Shown here piece after piece: positions 10,924 through 20,562 of a stretch of 64,000 nucleotides of DNA; position 1 is the first letter of the stretch, and each line of letters starts with the position of its first letter. The stretch comes from a virus. The stretch spans positions 1-64,000 of IMG/VR virus record IMGVR_UViG_3300030107_004732; one strand, given 5' to 3'. A program made the translations under genes and the position numbers. Below the pieces are notes generated by a model, which did not search any database, was not told the origin of the DNA, and was given only the letters and a program-made list of their open reading frames with translations.

Positions 10924-11085
10924 TTATTTATTTAATTCTTTTCTGATTAAGGCAATTTTATATACAAAATATACTATAGTAATCAAACCAACGCCTAAAC
11001 GTACGATTTCAGGCAACATTTCCATAAACTGGATACTTATGCCTCCGCTACCAATTATTGCCGATTTTAGTGTATCTGCGTCCAT
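10924..11085 (-). CDS. Probable holin, 53 aa (MDADTLKSAIIGSGGISIQFMEMLPEIVRLGVGLITIVYFVYKIALIRKELNK)
   Basis: Directly follows the lysozyme; TM helix with basic C-terminus; homologue at 63892-64000. Confidence 0.65.
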   Translation of the reverse strand: MDADTLKSAIIGSGGISIQFMEMLPEIVRLGVGLITIVYFVYKIALIRKELNK

Positions 11086-11490
11086 TTAACCTACACTTCC
11101 TACTATTTTACTCATTTTCTTTGCTCTATTTGGAGTTTGTTTAGCCCATTTGCTATCAAGCATTTCAATAGACGCGTTTTTGAAGTCTTTATCTTTTAAA
11201 TATGTAATTGTTTTTACAAACTTAGAAAAACCTGTTACACCTAATTGGTAGCACATTTCCATAACTACATCTTGAATTACTTTAGGCATAAATGGATACC
11301 ATCCAAATTTAAGTTTAACTCTGTCTTCTAACTCTTGAATTTTACGTTCAAGGATAAGATCGCATATATCTCTGTCTAACTCTAAATCCTTAATTGCAAA
11401 ACCATATCCAATAGTATCTATACCTAAACTATCTTTATAGACAATACCTACATAACCTTCGTTTTCTTTTATACTTTCTCTTAATCCCAT
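11086..11490 (-). CDS. Endolysin, T4-type lysozyme (GH24)
   Basis: ENEGY..YKDSLGIDTIGYG catalytic E-D-T motif; C-terminal EMLDSKWAKQTPNRA. Confidence 0.93.
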   Translation of the reverse strand: MGLRESIKENEGYVGIVYKDSLGIDTIGYGFAIKDLELDRDICDLILERKIQELEDRVKLKFGWYPFMPKVIQDVVMEMCYQLGVTGFSKFVKTITYLKDKDFKNASIEMLDSKWAKQTPNRAKKMSKIVGSVG

Positions 11491-11507
11491 AATATTTTCC
11501 CTTTATA

Positions 11508-12065
11508 TTAATATTCTATGTTAAGTATTATACTAAGATGATCAGAAGTATCTGCACCACCATCACTTGTATTTTGACCTGCTCTTGCAATACAACCCAT
11601 ATATACGCTTGTTGATCCTGCTGCTGCTTCAAGAAGAACTGTAGGGATAGTATTACCAACACCAGCTCCAAAGATGGCTGTTGAAAATCTAGAATTAGTT
11701 AAATCAGATGTGTAAACAGATGCGTCCATTTGCACAACTCCCAAAATTTTTGCTGCTAATGCATTTGAGTTACTTATATTAGGAGCACTATCAACAGTTC
11801 CTAAATCAGTTGCAACTTGCATAAAAACTAAATCAAAATCCCATGCTTGGTCAGCTGTATTAATTACACTACATCCAACAAGTTTAGATTTTCCACCTGG
11901 GTCTAAAACTGCATTTGTAATTTCTACTGAATTAAACAATACGTCACCACTAGCATAATCTGATGACGGTATTGTTGGAGTTGTTCTAAATATATGTTGT
12001 TGAGAAAGCTTATTAGTTGCTTCTTGGACTGTAAATTTATTAAGTCCTGGTTTGTTATTTGCCAT
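11508..12065 (-). CDS. Virion structural protein (beta-rich), hypothetical
   Basis: 185-aa ORF with AGGAGG RBS in the structural operon. Confidence 0.6.
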   Translation of the reverse strand: MANNKPGLNKFTVQEATNKLSQQHIFRTTPTIPSSDYASGDVLFNSVEITNAVLDPGGKSKLVGCSVINTADQAWDFDLVFMQVATDLGTVDSAPNISNSNALAAKILGVVQMDASVYTSDLTNSRFSTAIFGAGVGNTIPTVLLEAAAGSTSVYMGCIARAGQNTSDGGADTSDHLSIILNIEY

Positions 12066-12076
12066 GTTTACCTCCT

Positions 12077-12106
12077 GCCCTAAGCACTGGCTGTGCGTGA
12101 ATGGGC
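12077..12106 (-). promoter_or_regulatory. GC-rich hairpin immediately 5' of an RBS
   Basis: Minus strand GCCC-attcac-GCAC-agcca-GTGC-tta-GGGC followed by AGGAGGT. Confidence 0.4.
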
Positions 12107-12116
12107 TTGTTTATTG

Positions 12117-12821
12117 TTATATTATTGCATTTGAGCCAGAAGCAATTATTCTTGCTCCTGCAACTCTTGTATTATTATATTTTTCTACCATTTTATTAAA
12201 TTGAGCCATAAAATATTCTTTAGCTTCAAGATTCATCATATCTTCAGATATTTTTGCTTTTACATAATAAACTAAAGCTTTTGATAAATAATTAGATAAA
12301 TTTATATTATCATCTTCATCATTTAAAACATCTACCGCATAATATAAAGAAACTGTTTTTTCAAAGTTTGTCCAAAGAGTACTATTACCACTATATTTAG
12401 TATAAAGAGTTATTACATTATTAGTACCAGTATTGTTAGATAGTGATTTTATTTTATGTAAACCATTAAATTTTCCAGCATTTTTTAAGACTATATAATT
12501 GTCAGCAGCTAAAGAATAAGCTGTAGCATAATTAATGTAAGAAGAACTATTGTCAGCAATCTTTAAATAACCGTCAGTAGATTTATACTGAGTTATACTT
12601 ACATCAACAAGATTAGTTGATTCTATAAAATATTCAGGACTATATACATATTGTATTTCTATACCATCAGCAATACTATCTGTAGCAGATTTCCATTGAG
12701 ATCTATTAGAACCAGGTCCATAATCTCTTGAGTTAGCATCGTTATCAAAAGCAGTATCTTTTTCAACAATTGCTATTTTATTACCTTTTATATAATATCC
12801 ATATTTTCTAACTTCTGCCAT
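12117..12821 (-). CDS. Head-tail adaptor / tail ring-like protein (C-terminal adaptor motif)
   Basis: C-terminal LSNYLSKALVYYVKAKISED...EYFMAQF helices resemble podovirus adaptor rings. Confidence 0.45.
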   Translation of the reverse strand: MAEVRKYGYYIKGNKIAIVEKDTAFDNDANSRDYGPGSNRSQWKSATDSIADGIEIQYVYSPEYFIESTNLVDVSITQYKSTDGYLKIADNSSSYINYATAYSLAADNYIVLKNAGKFNGLHKIKSLSNNTGTNNVITLYTKYSGNSTLWTNFEKTVSLYYAVDVLNDEDDNINLSNYLSKALVYYVKAKISEDMMNLEAKEYFMAQFNKMVEKYNNTRVAGARIIASGSNAII

Positions 12822-13108
12822 TATACACCATCCGCATCTTTTATTCTAGGGTCATAAATTAATCTAGGAACTTGTCTATATTCGTCTTTACTATTTAAAT
12901 GATTTTTACATCTAACTTCAAGAACTTTGATTACATCATTTGGTAAATCATAGAACCTTTGATCCTTAGTAATGTCAATTTTTTCAGTAGTTACATGAGT
13001 TTCAGAAATAGTGTTTATTTCTTCTAAACCATCTTTTATATAAGCAATTACTCTACCTGTTGGTATTTCTTCTGCTCCTACTCTTTCTATTAATTCTTTA
13101 ACCTTCAT
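12821..13108 (-). CDS. Adaptor/tail ring-like protein (N-terminal adaptor motif)
   Basis: MKVKELIERV...YIKDGLEEI...YDLPNDVIKVLEVR pattern; likely start at 13108. Confidence 0.5.
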   Translation of the reverse strand: MKVKELIERVGAEEIPTGRVIAYIKDGLEEINTISETHVTTEKIDITKDQRFYDLPNDVIKVLEVRCKNHLNSKDEYRQVPRLIYDPRIKDADGV

Positions 13109-13109
13109 A

Positions 13110-13607
13110 TTAAGCGTCATCTATTATAGCCGCAACTGTACATCTAACTGTTCCTGATGAAGTTGCAGCATGTAAATTATTTACTGTTACATGTGAGCCA
13201 CTACTTTTAAATTTTAAAATAATAGCTTCATCTACGTCTAATTCTACAGAATCAGAATTAGCAGCTGGATCACCACCATCTAAAGTTATATAGACTTTAG
13301 AATTTGTGCTTGTAGACCCATCTGTAGTCCCACTATTTTTAACAAATAAAAATCTTACATAATCACTATTAGATACTGTTCCAGTATCTGTAAAGTTTCC
13401 AGATATTAAATCTGCATGGGAAGCTGTTACGTCAACACTTGTACTATAAAACCATCTATCATTACCATCTGCTTTAGTATACTCTAATTTACCACCTAAT
13501 GATTGTTTTATATCATGATGTATTGCATCTACTGCATCTGCATCTGAATCAGCAGCTATAGTTACGACAGGCGTTATACTTACCAAACCTCTTGCTGTGT
13601 CTGCCAT
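13110..13607 (-). CDS. Virion structural protein, hypothetical
   Basis: 165 aa, S/T/D-rich, in the structural operon. Confidence 0.6.
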   Translation of the reverse strand: MADTARGLVSITPVVTIAADSDADAVDAIHHDIKQSLGGKLEYTKADGNDRWFYSTSVDVTASHADLISGNFTDTGTVSNSDYVRFLFVKNSGTTDGSTSTNSKVYITLDGGDPAANSDSVELDVDEAIILKFKSSGSHVTVNNLHAATSSGTVRCTVAAIIDDA

Positions 13608-14971
13608 TATTGTTCTCCTTGTTGTTGTCTAGGTGCCATAATAGAAAAGGCTTCATTATATTGTTGAGATAACATACCTAATCTACCTTGCATCCATTCA
13701 TATTTTGTCATATTTTTTTGCACTTTATTTATATAATTTTGTACATCTGCTTGATATTTACCTATTTTTGCTGAATTAGATGCTGATGCTTTTTCAACAT
13801 TAGCAGAGAATCCAGCTAAATTATTTTGAAAATCAGTACTTGCTTTTGTTAAGTCTGATTGAAATCTATTCATATTAGCTTGTATTTCACTTTGATACTT
13901 AGTGATGTCATATCCTGTTTCAGCTTGATATGTTTGTAAAGCTTTACTTATTTTTGCTTGATAATCTTGTAATGAAGAAGTTATTCTTTGAGTTTCTTTT
14001 TGAACTTCAACTTGATATTCAGATAACTTTCCTTGATAATCTTGAGCCCATTCACCAATTTCTTTTTGGTATATTGCATTATTCTTTTCAAATTCTGATT
14101 GAGAATTAGCTAATTTAACTTCAAATTCATTTATCTTAGCAGTTATTTCTGTAATTCTTGATTCTAACATTTCTGAATCTTCTTCTGTATTAATCCAAGT
14201 ATTAGCATCTGAATAATTTAAATCTCCCATAATCGGAGCATTATATTCTAAAGTGCTAGTAGATAAAGTAGGTGCATTAAATACTGGCATCACAAACGTT
14301 TCTACTGTTCCTGCTTCAGAAAAATCAACATCTACCCCACCAGGAGGAACAGGTAAAACAAAATCTGTAGGCCCAGTATACGTAGGTAAAGATGTATCAG
14401 AAAAATCTAATATTACAGCGTTTAAATCACTAGGTAAATCATTATCTATATCAGATAAAGAGTTTTGTAATGATTTTATAGCTCCGTACAATACTACTAA
14501 ATATTCGTATTCAGCAGGGAAATCTTGTATAGATGTAGAGCTATGCCCTGTATTTGTTGCATAAGAAACTTGAGTAACAACAATATCGTTATCACTTCCA
14601 GCAGCAGTAGGAACTGAATAAATTTTACCATCTAATTCATACCATCCTGGATTGTGTTTACTTCTATAATGTAAACTATCAGTATCTGTAGCATTATATC
14701 TATCATGAGGATCAATTTGATCGCACTTTCTTAATATAGTAGTGCTATCATGTTCTCTCATTACAGATAATATTTTACCTGTTTTAGTTACATTAGTAGC
14801 AGAATTAGTAGTTATACAAAATTTAGAAGTTTCAAAAGGGTTTAAAGTTGTAATTCTATTAATTACCTCTTTAGTTCCATCTACTAAAAATTGAGATAAC
14901 TCATCATTAGTAGGTGAAGTCCCTATTGATAATCCTGTTAATCCTTCTACTTGTGTTTTAAAATCTGCCAT
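13607..14971 (-). CDS. Tail tubular/adaptor protein with long C-terminal coiled coil
   Basis: FPAEYEYLVVLYGAIKSL adaptor-type motif, then a Q/Y-rich heptad region. Confidence 0.55.
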   Translation of the reverse strand: MADFKTQVEGLTGLSIGTSPTNDELSQFLVDGTKEVINRITTLNPFETSKFCITTNSATNVTKTGKILSVMREHDSTTILRKCDQIDPHDRYNATDTDSLHYRSKHNPGWYELDGKIYSVPTAAGSDNDIVVTQVSYATNTGHSSTSIQDFPAEYEYLVVLYGAIKSLQNSLSDIDNDLPSDLNAVILDFSDTSLPTYTGPTDFVLPVPPGGVDVDFSEAGTVETFVMPVFNAPTLSTSTLEYNAPIMGDLNYSDANTWINTEEDSEMLESRITEITAKINEFEVKLANSQSEFEKNNAIYQKEIGEWAQDYQGKLSEYQVEVQKETQRITSSLQDYQAKISKALQTYQAETGYDITKYQSEIQANMNRFQSDLTKASTDFQNNLAGFSANVEKASASNSAKIGKYQADVQNYINKVQKNMTKYEWMQGRLGMLSQQYNEAFSIMAPRQQQGEQ

Positions 14972-14986
14972 ATTTCCCTTTTAATG

Positions 14987-15034
14987 TTGGGATACCTCCT
15001 TTGGGAGGGGAAGCTCACCATAGGAGGCACCCAA
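14987..15034 (-). promoter_or_regulatory. Long hairpin after the capsid genes (terminator, attenuator or processing site)
   Basis: Inverted repeat ttgggatacctcct...aggaggcacccaa with inner stem; no strong U-tract. Confidence 0.45.
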
Positions 15035-15060
15035 ACTATTATTGTTACTTTATCTACTTT

Positions 15061-15510
15061 CTAGCTAGCTTTACTAGGAATGAAGTATCTAATGTAAAGG
15101 TTGCCGACTAAGCCAGCAGCACTTGCACTAAAATCTCCAGTAATCCATTGTGTAGAAGTCATTGGTTGATACATTTTTCCATTTGTACCACCATTAACTC
15201 CAGAAGTAGCCATTATAGCCGCTGAACCTACATCAGCACCATCTAACAGATTATCACTGCCTGTAGTACCGTCTGCCGCAACGCCTAAATCGATTGTAGC
15301 TGATCCTGTAGCTGCTGTTGTAACATCTAATAAAACACCTTCAACAATAATGTCCTCATTTTCTGGATTTTTCCACGCAAGACCGTGGTCACCAGCAGCA
15401 TGAGTTGTCGCAGTAACTGCAACCCCACTATTAATAGGTACTTTTACTAGTCTAGAAACACCATCAACAAGACCGTCTGCTTTATTTTGTCCATACATTG
15501 GATTTGCCAT
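15061..15510 (-). CDS. Minor capsid / decoration protein
   Basis: 149 aa, A/G/T-rich, directly downstream of the major capsid gene. Confidence 0.55.
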   Translation of the reverse strand: MANPMYGQNKADGLVDGVSRLVKVPINSGVAVTATTHAAGDHGLAWKNPENEDIIVEGVLLDVTTAATGSATIDLGVAADGTTGSDNLLDGADVGSAAIMATSGVNGGTNGKMYQPMTSTQWITGDFSASAAGLVGNLYIRYFIPSKAS

Positions 15511-15521
15511 AACTTATCTCC

Positions 15522-17066
15522 TTATGTCCAAATAGCATGCGCTTCGGGCATTTCCCATTGCATACCAGCTTCAGTTAGAATCATATCTACTCTACGATCG
15601 ACACCTGAGTTCTCTAATGTTTGAACCCCTACGTAGACTGAAGTATCTCTGTTTAAACCATTACCAACAAGTGGACGATAAGCACAATGCTTCATGTTAA
15701 TACCAAGCATTTTAATTTGTGTGCTATCTAAGTGGATGTTTCTAGCCACATTCATATCACCATAAGGTGTTGCGAATGTAGTAATATCTACACCAAACAC
15801 TTTTTTCTTGCCAGTCATAGCGAAATCTGCTCTAAATTGACCAGATATGTGAACGTTGTTTTTAAAGTATCCACCTAATTTATGCATCCAGTTATAAACA
15901 GGAGTCGAAACAAAGAAAACTGTTGCTTGACTACTATTGTATCTAGGATCAACATAACTTGATAAATCATCTAAAAACATATCAGCTGTTTTAGTTCCAG
16001 TATCTAAACTAAAAGCATTACCATACTGAGTAATAAAATCAACCGCACCTTGAGTGTAGTTAACGCCATCACTATCAGTATATTGAGAACCAAATAATAA
16101 AGATTGCTCAATATCATATTTGTGCTCAACTAACTTTTCTTTCCAAACTCTAGCCCACTCATTTGGTTCATACTTCAAAATTGTTGCTCTAGACGTATTT
16201 GTCATAGCCATTGAAGTTTTCCATATTTGAGTCATGCCATAGCCTGTAGAGTATGGTTGATCTTTCCAAGTTTCTGGATAACCAGTACCTTCACCAAATG
16301 CTGTTCCAACTACATAACATCTTTTTCTTTCAAGAAAATCTGCAATTGAAAAACCTGAAACATCTATAGCATCTATAGCATTATTGTGAGCTACATAAGA
16401 TAATAACTCAGTTGCGCTAGATGTACCTTTGATTATTTTACATTTTAAGTTAGCAGCGTTTGATACTGAAGTAGTATCAACTTCCATAACTTTTGCAACT
16501 AAATAATCAGTAGGTGCAGTTGCAGTAGATGCACTTGAGTCATCCCAAGATCCACCGTTTGCACTTGTTGAGTGAGGTATTTTAATCATCTGACCTTCAA
16601 TGAAGAAAGCAGGCTGTGTGCCAGAATCTCCAGGTGAGATTTCGTTAGTAGAATTACCATATACATTCTGCAAATTACCTGCAGATTTGTAATCAGTAAT
16701 CATTGTAAAATAATAAATGTCACCAGCATCTACATCACCAGCAGTTACTAAAGCTGTTTTAGTACTACCATCTATTGATGCAGGAGCTGCTTGACCGTGA
16801 TTTGAAACATATGCATAACGCTTATGCCACGAAGGACGTTTCTCTGTGAACTTAAAAGAAGGATCATCAGTGGCTTTTTTAGATGCTTTTGCAAGAAATC
16901 TAAAAAAAGGATCTTGAGCTATTGCTAGTTCAGAAACCCTGTCACCAAAGTTAAACTTTCTTCGAAGATCGCCAGTGTCTAATCCCGTACCATGACGAGG
17001 ACCAGAAGATACACCATTCGTACTAACCGTATCTGAATATGTCTCTAGACTAAATGAGTCTGCCAT
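15522..17066 (-). CDS. Major capsid protein (HK97 fold)
   Basis: 514 aa after portal and scaffold; KATDDPSFKFTE, TQIWKTSMAMTNT, EHKYDIEQSLLFG, ILTEAGMQW..PEAHA match podovirus MCP patterns. Confidence 0.85.
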   Translation of the reverse strand: MADSFSLETYSDTVSTNGVSSGPRHGTGLDTGDLRRKFNFGDRVSELAIAQDPFFRFLAKASKKATDDPSFKFTEKRPSWHKRYAYVSNHGQAAPASIDGSTKTALVTAGDVDAGDIYYFTMITDYKSAGNLQNVYGNSTNEISPGDSGTQPAFFIEGQMIKIPHSTSANGGSWDDSSASTATAPTDYLVAKVMEVDTTSVSNAANLKCKIIKGTSSATELLSYVAHNNAIDAIDVSGFSIADFLERKRCYVVGTAFGEGTGYPETWKDQPYSTGYGMTQIWKTSMAMTNTSRATILKYEPNEWARVWKEKLVEHKYDIEQSLLFGSQYTDSDGVNYTQGAVDFITQYGNAFSLDTGTKTADMFLDDLSSYVDPRYNSSQATVFFVSTPVYNWMHKLGGYFKNNVHISGQFRADFAMTGKKKVFGVDITTFATPYGDMNVARNIHLDSTQIKMLGINMKHCAYRPLVGNGLNRDTSVYVGVQTLENSGVDRRVDMILTEAGMQWEMPEAHAIWT

Positions 17067-17159
17067 TGGACCATCTCCTTTTCTGTCGTTCCCTCAACTG
17101 CATATTAAATATGCCTTCGGTTCAGACTAAAGTGAAGTTCGGTAGACGGTCTACCCAAT

Positions 17160-18038
17160 CTAACCGAACAAGTTATCTACATTACCATCAAGGCCTAATA
17201 TACCATCAAATAATTGATCATCTTTTGATTTATCAGCTGTTCCTTGACTGTTCGAATCGCTAGCAGTTGTAGGGATATTTCTTACATTTTTCATTTGAGT
17301 AAGCATATCCTGTTTAGTAGAATTGGCCACGTTTGTATTTGCTTTATCTTTGTTTAAAAGATAATAGACATCATCAATGGTTAATTTACGAGATTTTGCC
17401 TGTTCTTTAAAACTTGCAAATTCTTCTTCTGTCATCCCATGCTTTTTAACAAATTCAGCTTCCATATTTTTTTGAGCTATTTTAGCTTGCATTTTTTGAG
17501 CATTTTGCTTTTCACGGCTTAAAACACTACCAACTCTTTGCTGAACTATTCCATCTATATGAGCATTCATAACTTTAGCAGAATCCGAATCAGGATTTTC
17601 CATAGCTTCTGTAGCATCATACATAAAATCTTCAGAAAGATTTAGTTGTTCTTTAACGTCTTTAGCAGGTTGACCACCATTTTTAAAATATGATCTAACA
17701 TGGTCTACTAAACCACTGTCGCGTTTCATTGCATCGAGAACAGGTACAAATGGTTTTAAGTCTTTAAGCTGTTCATTCATTTTAATAGCTTCTCTACTTG
17801 AATCCTTATACCTTTTTTTGTATGGATTGTCCTCATTATCCCAGTTCACATTAGAGCCTTGTGATTGTTCGTGGGTTACCATTTCGGAGCCACTTTCACT
17901 TTGGGTTACTTCTGCGTTATTAACTTCCCCTTCTGCCACCATTCCATTAACGGAATTTTCAATTTGGCCAAAGAAATCGTTAGAGTCATCCATGATATTA
18001 TCTACCACTTTTGAGTTACCTTCTACTTCGTTTGACAT
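17160..18038 (-). CDS. Capsid scaffolding protein
   Basis: Acidic and helical, YKKRYKDSSRE motif, located between portal and MCP. Confidence 0.75.
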   Translation of the reverse strand: MSNEVEGNSKVVDNIMDDSNDFFGQIENSVNGMVAEGEVNNAEVTQSESGSEMVTHEQSQGSNVNWDNEDNPYKKRYKDSSREAIKMNEQLKDLKPFVPVLDAMKRDSGLVDHVRSYFKNGGQPAKDVKEQLNLSEDFMYDATEAMENPDSDSAKVMNAHIDGIVQQRVGSVLSREKQNAQKMQAKIAQKNMEAEFVKKHGMTEEEFASFKEQAKSRKLTIDDVYYLLNKDKANTNVANSTKQDMLTQMKNVRNIPTTASDSNSQGTADKSKDDQLFDGILGLDGNVDNLFG

Positions 18039-18070
18039 TCTTTCTCCTTTTCTTAAAAAAAAATTAAAGT

Positions 18071-18100
18071 AATTTAATCATTACCATCTGTGTTTTGCAA
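18071..18100 (-). promoter_or_regulatory. Sigma70-type promoter for scaffold-MCP
   Basis: TTGCAA-N18-TAAATT on the minus strand. Confidence 0.5.
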
Positions 18101-20419
18101 ATCATTTTTTAAATTATTTATAGCCATTTGTGCCTGAGCATTAGTTTCTGTAATAATTTTTTGAGAATCGGCATCTAATTTTGCTGAATTTTTTTGAACT
18201 TGATTTTTCATTTCAGCTTGCATTAATTTTTGCTCACCCTCTGTTTGCAATAACTCTTTTTCAATTTCAGACTTAACTTCTTCTTTCTTTTTATTAATTT
18301 CAACTGCAGCTTGCATTACTTTATCTTTAATACCAGATTGAACAAGTTGTCTTTCTAAAGTTTCTATAGTTCCACTTAAATCTTTTATTTGTTCTTCTTG
18401 TGAACCTAACTGACTTTGCATTTGAGAATACATTGATTTTCTTTTAGCTATTTGCTCTTTATTCTTAATATCAGTTTCAGCAAGTAAAGCTATATCATCA
18501 ATAATACCTAATTGCATTAATTCTTTTAATTCTGCAACATAAGCCCATCTATTAACAGGCAATGTTGATCCAGCGACTATTCTTACATCAAATTTAGCAG
18601 CAGAATAATCCATAATTTTTCCTACAGCTTCCCCAAAGTCGTTATAAATTGGAATATTTATTTCAACTTTTCTTTCCTCTTGTAAAGCACTTGGTTGCAC
18701 AATCCTGAATACTTTTTGCGCAGTGTAAACACTTTGTGTAAATTGTTTGACTAAAGTTCCTAATTGTTTTAATGCAGGTTCTAAAGAATTTTGCATCCAT
18801 TGTTTAATCCTCCTTGTTCCATATTCATCTAAGGCTAACATGCCTCTATAAGTTTCGTTTGCTGCTCCTGAATCTCCCATCATAGAGCTGTATATACCTG
18901 CTAAGTATTCCATATCATTTTTTGCGCTTTGAACTATTTGAAAAAACGCACTATTTAATGGAGCAGGTTGTACTGGTGTTGGTGGTGTTGAGCCAGGTCT
19001 AATAGGTAACAAAGCTCCAGGAGAGCTAGAATATCTTTCCCAATAATCAGTATCTATACTTCCTTCTTCATGCATCCATCTTAAACTACTTCCTAAAGAA
19101 GCATTATGAACTAATATTTGATGTGATTTATTTATTTCTCTTTGTTTACCTATTAATGGTGATACTGCTGATATTGGAAACGGAGTACCTGTCCATTTAA
19201 AATGAAAAGGAATAATTGGATACTCTGTTATCCCTTCTGGTAACACTTTTGTATATAAAGTTTTATCTCCTACAACACAACATAATTTTATTCTTGTTCC
19301 ATAAAACTGAACATAATCAACTAAAGTTTCTGAAAAGTTTGGATCTTTTTTAATAAGATTAAATTCTTCTTCAGTAATAATAGTATTTTGAACAGTACTT
19401 GCTTTTTCTTGTAATTCAGCCATCATAGATTGAGAAGCTTGTTGAATTTCTTGCTCTATAGCTTTTTGCATATTGGCTATTTCAAGCTCATATCTTTCTG
19501 GAATCATTTTACCTTCTTGAACAGCTATTTGCATTTGTTGTTGTTGTTCTAAAAATTGAACTTGTTTTTCTGCTTGCAGTTGCTTCATTGCTTCTTCAAC
19601 TTGCATTTTTAATTGATCAAGAACTTGAGGTTCTAACTTTTGTCTATAAAAAGCATTAATATAAGAAACTTTTATTTTTTCATAATGTTCCATTAGTTCT
19701 ATTAAATCATCATGTTCTCCATCTAAAGTAACAGACTCATTAGAATCAATATCTTTATAAGAAAAATCTTTTCTATCAGAACCTGTAGACTTTTCGCTAT
19801 AATCAAAATCTTGATCATCTATACTAGAAGCCTTTTTAATTTTTGATTTATGTTCAGGAAATAATGAATACAAATGTTCTTTTGGTAGAATCTTTCTTAC
19901 AACTATATAATTAGCATCTCTAAACAACATATCTCTAGATTTTGGATCTACAAACACATCAAATGGTTCTGGGTTTTTAATAATAACTTCACCCATACCA
20001 TTATCAGCGTCTTTATCTACATTAACAAGTAAATAACCTATAGATTTAGTAACAGCATCATTTATTGCATTAGCATATAAAGTTGAGCCATCAGATTGGT
20101 CCCAAATATAATCAGCCATATCAGAAAATACTGAAGCAACATCTACATCAGACCCTTCTGCACCAACTGCTTGCCATCTAGGTTTACTAGAAGTTGCATA
20201 AAAGTTTAACATTTCTACAACAGGCATAATTCTGTTGATAGTAAAAGTAGGCATACCTTGCTCTTCTAATGCAATTCTTTCATCTTCAGTTAATTGATTA
20301 TCATGAGCAAAATCATAACCCTTTTGATTTACATATTCCCATTGAATCCTTGAAGAACTATTTGCTAAATCAAAAATATCTTTTATACGTTGTGCATTTT
20401 TATCTATTTTCTTTGCCAT
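18074..20419 (-). CDS. Portal protein (P22-like)
   Basis: 781 aa; PTFTINRIMPVV, VFVDPKSRD, YPIIPF, QREINK motifs and a long C-terminal coiled-coil barrel. Confidence 0.9.
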   Translation of the reverse strand: MAKKIDKNAQRIKDIFDLANSSSRIQWEYVNQKGYDFAHDNQLTEDERIALEEQGMPTFTINRIMPVVEMLNFYATSSKPRWQAVGAEGSDVDVASVFSDMADYIWDQSDGSTLYANAINDAVTKSIGYLLVNVDKDADNGMGEVIIKNPEPFDVFVDPKSRDMLFRDANYIVVRKILPKEHLYSLFPEHKSKIKKASSIDDQDFDYSEKSTGSDRKDFSYKDIDSNESVTLDGEHDDLIELMEHYEKIKVSYINAFYRQKLEPQVLDQLKMQVEEAMKQLQAEKQVQFLEQQQQMQIAVQEGKMIPERYELEIANMQKAIEQEIQQASQSMMAELQEKASTVQNTIITEEEFNLIKKDPNFSETLVDYVQFYGTRIKLCCVVGDKTLYTKVLPEGITEYPIIPFHFKWTGTPFPISAVSPLIGKQREINKSHQILVHNASLGSSLRWMHEEGSIDTDYWERYSSSPGALLPIRPGSTPPTPVQPAPLNSAFFQIVQSAKNDMEYLAGIYSSMMGDSGAANETYRGMLALDEYGTRRIKQWMQNSLEPALKQLGTLVKQFTQSVYTAQKVFRIVQPSALQEERKVEINIPIYNDFGEAVGKIMDYSAAKFDVRIVAGSTLPVNRWAYVAELKELMQLGIIDDIALLAETDIKNKEQIAKRKSMYSQMQSQLGSQEEQIKDLSGTIETLERQLVQSGIKDKVMQAAVEINKKKEEVKSEIEKELLQTEGEQKLMQAEMKNQVQKNSAKLDADSQKIITETNAQAQMAINNLKNDLQNTDGND

Positions 20420-20562
20420 TATTTCCCTTGTTTATATTTATTACTTGCTACTATAAATTCACTACCTTTCCAATGTGAAGAACCTTTCGGACTTTTTTTA
20501 TGCCTTTTCCCAACTGGATGTGGCGTACCTTCTTCTGGTCATATGTGCATTTTTTTGCTCAT
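20419..20562 (-). CDS. 47-codon ORF interrupted by one in-frame TGA (possible selenoprotein, or pseudogene)
   Basis: MSKKMHI*PEEGTPHPVGKRHKKSPKGSSHWKGSEFIVASNKYKQGK; TAATG-coupled at both ends; TGA at 20539-20541. Confidence 0.55.
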
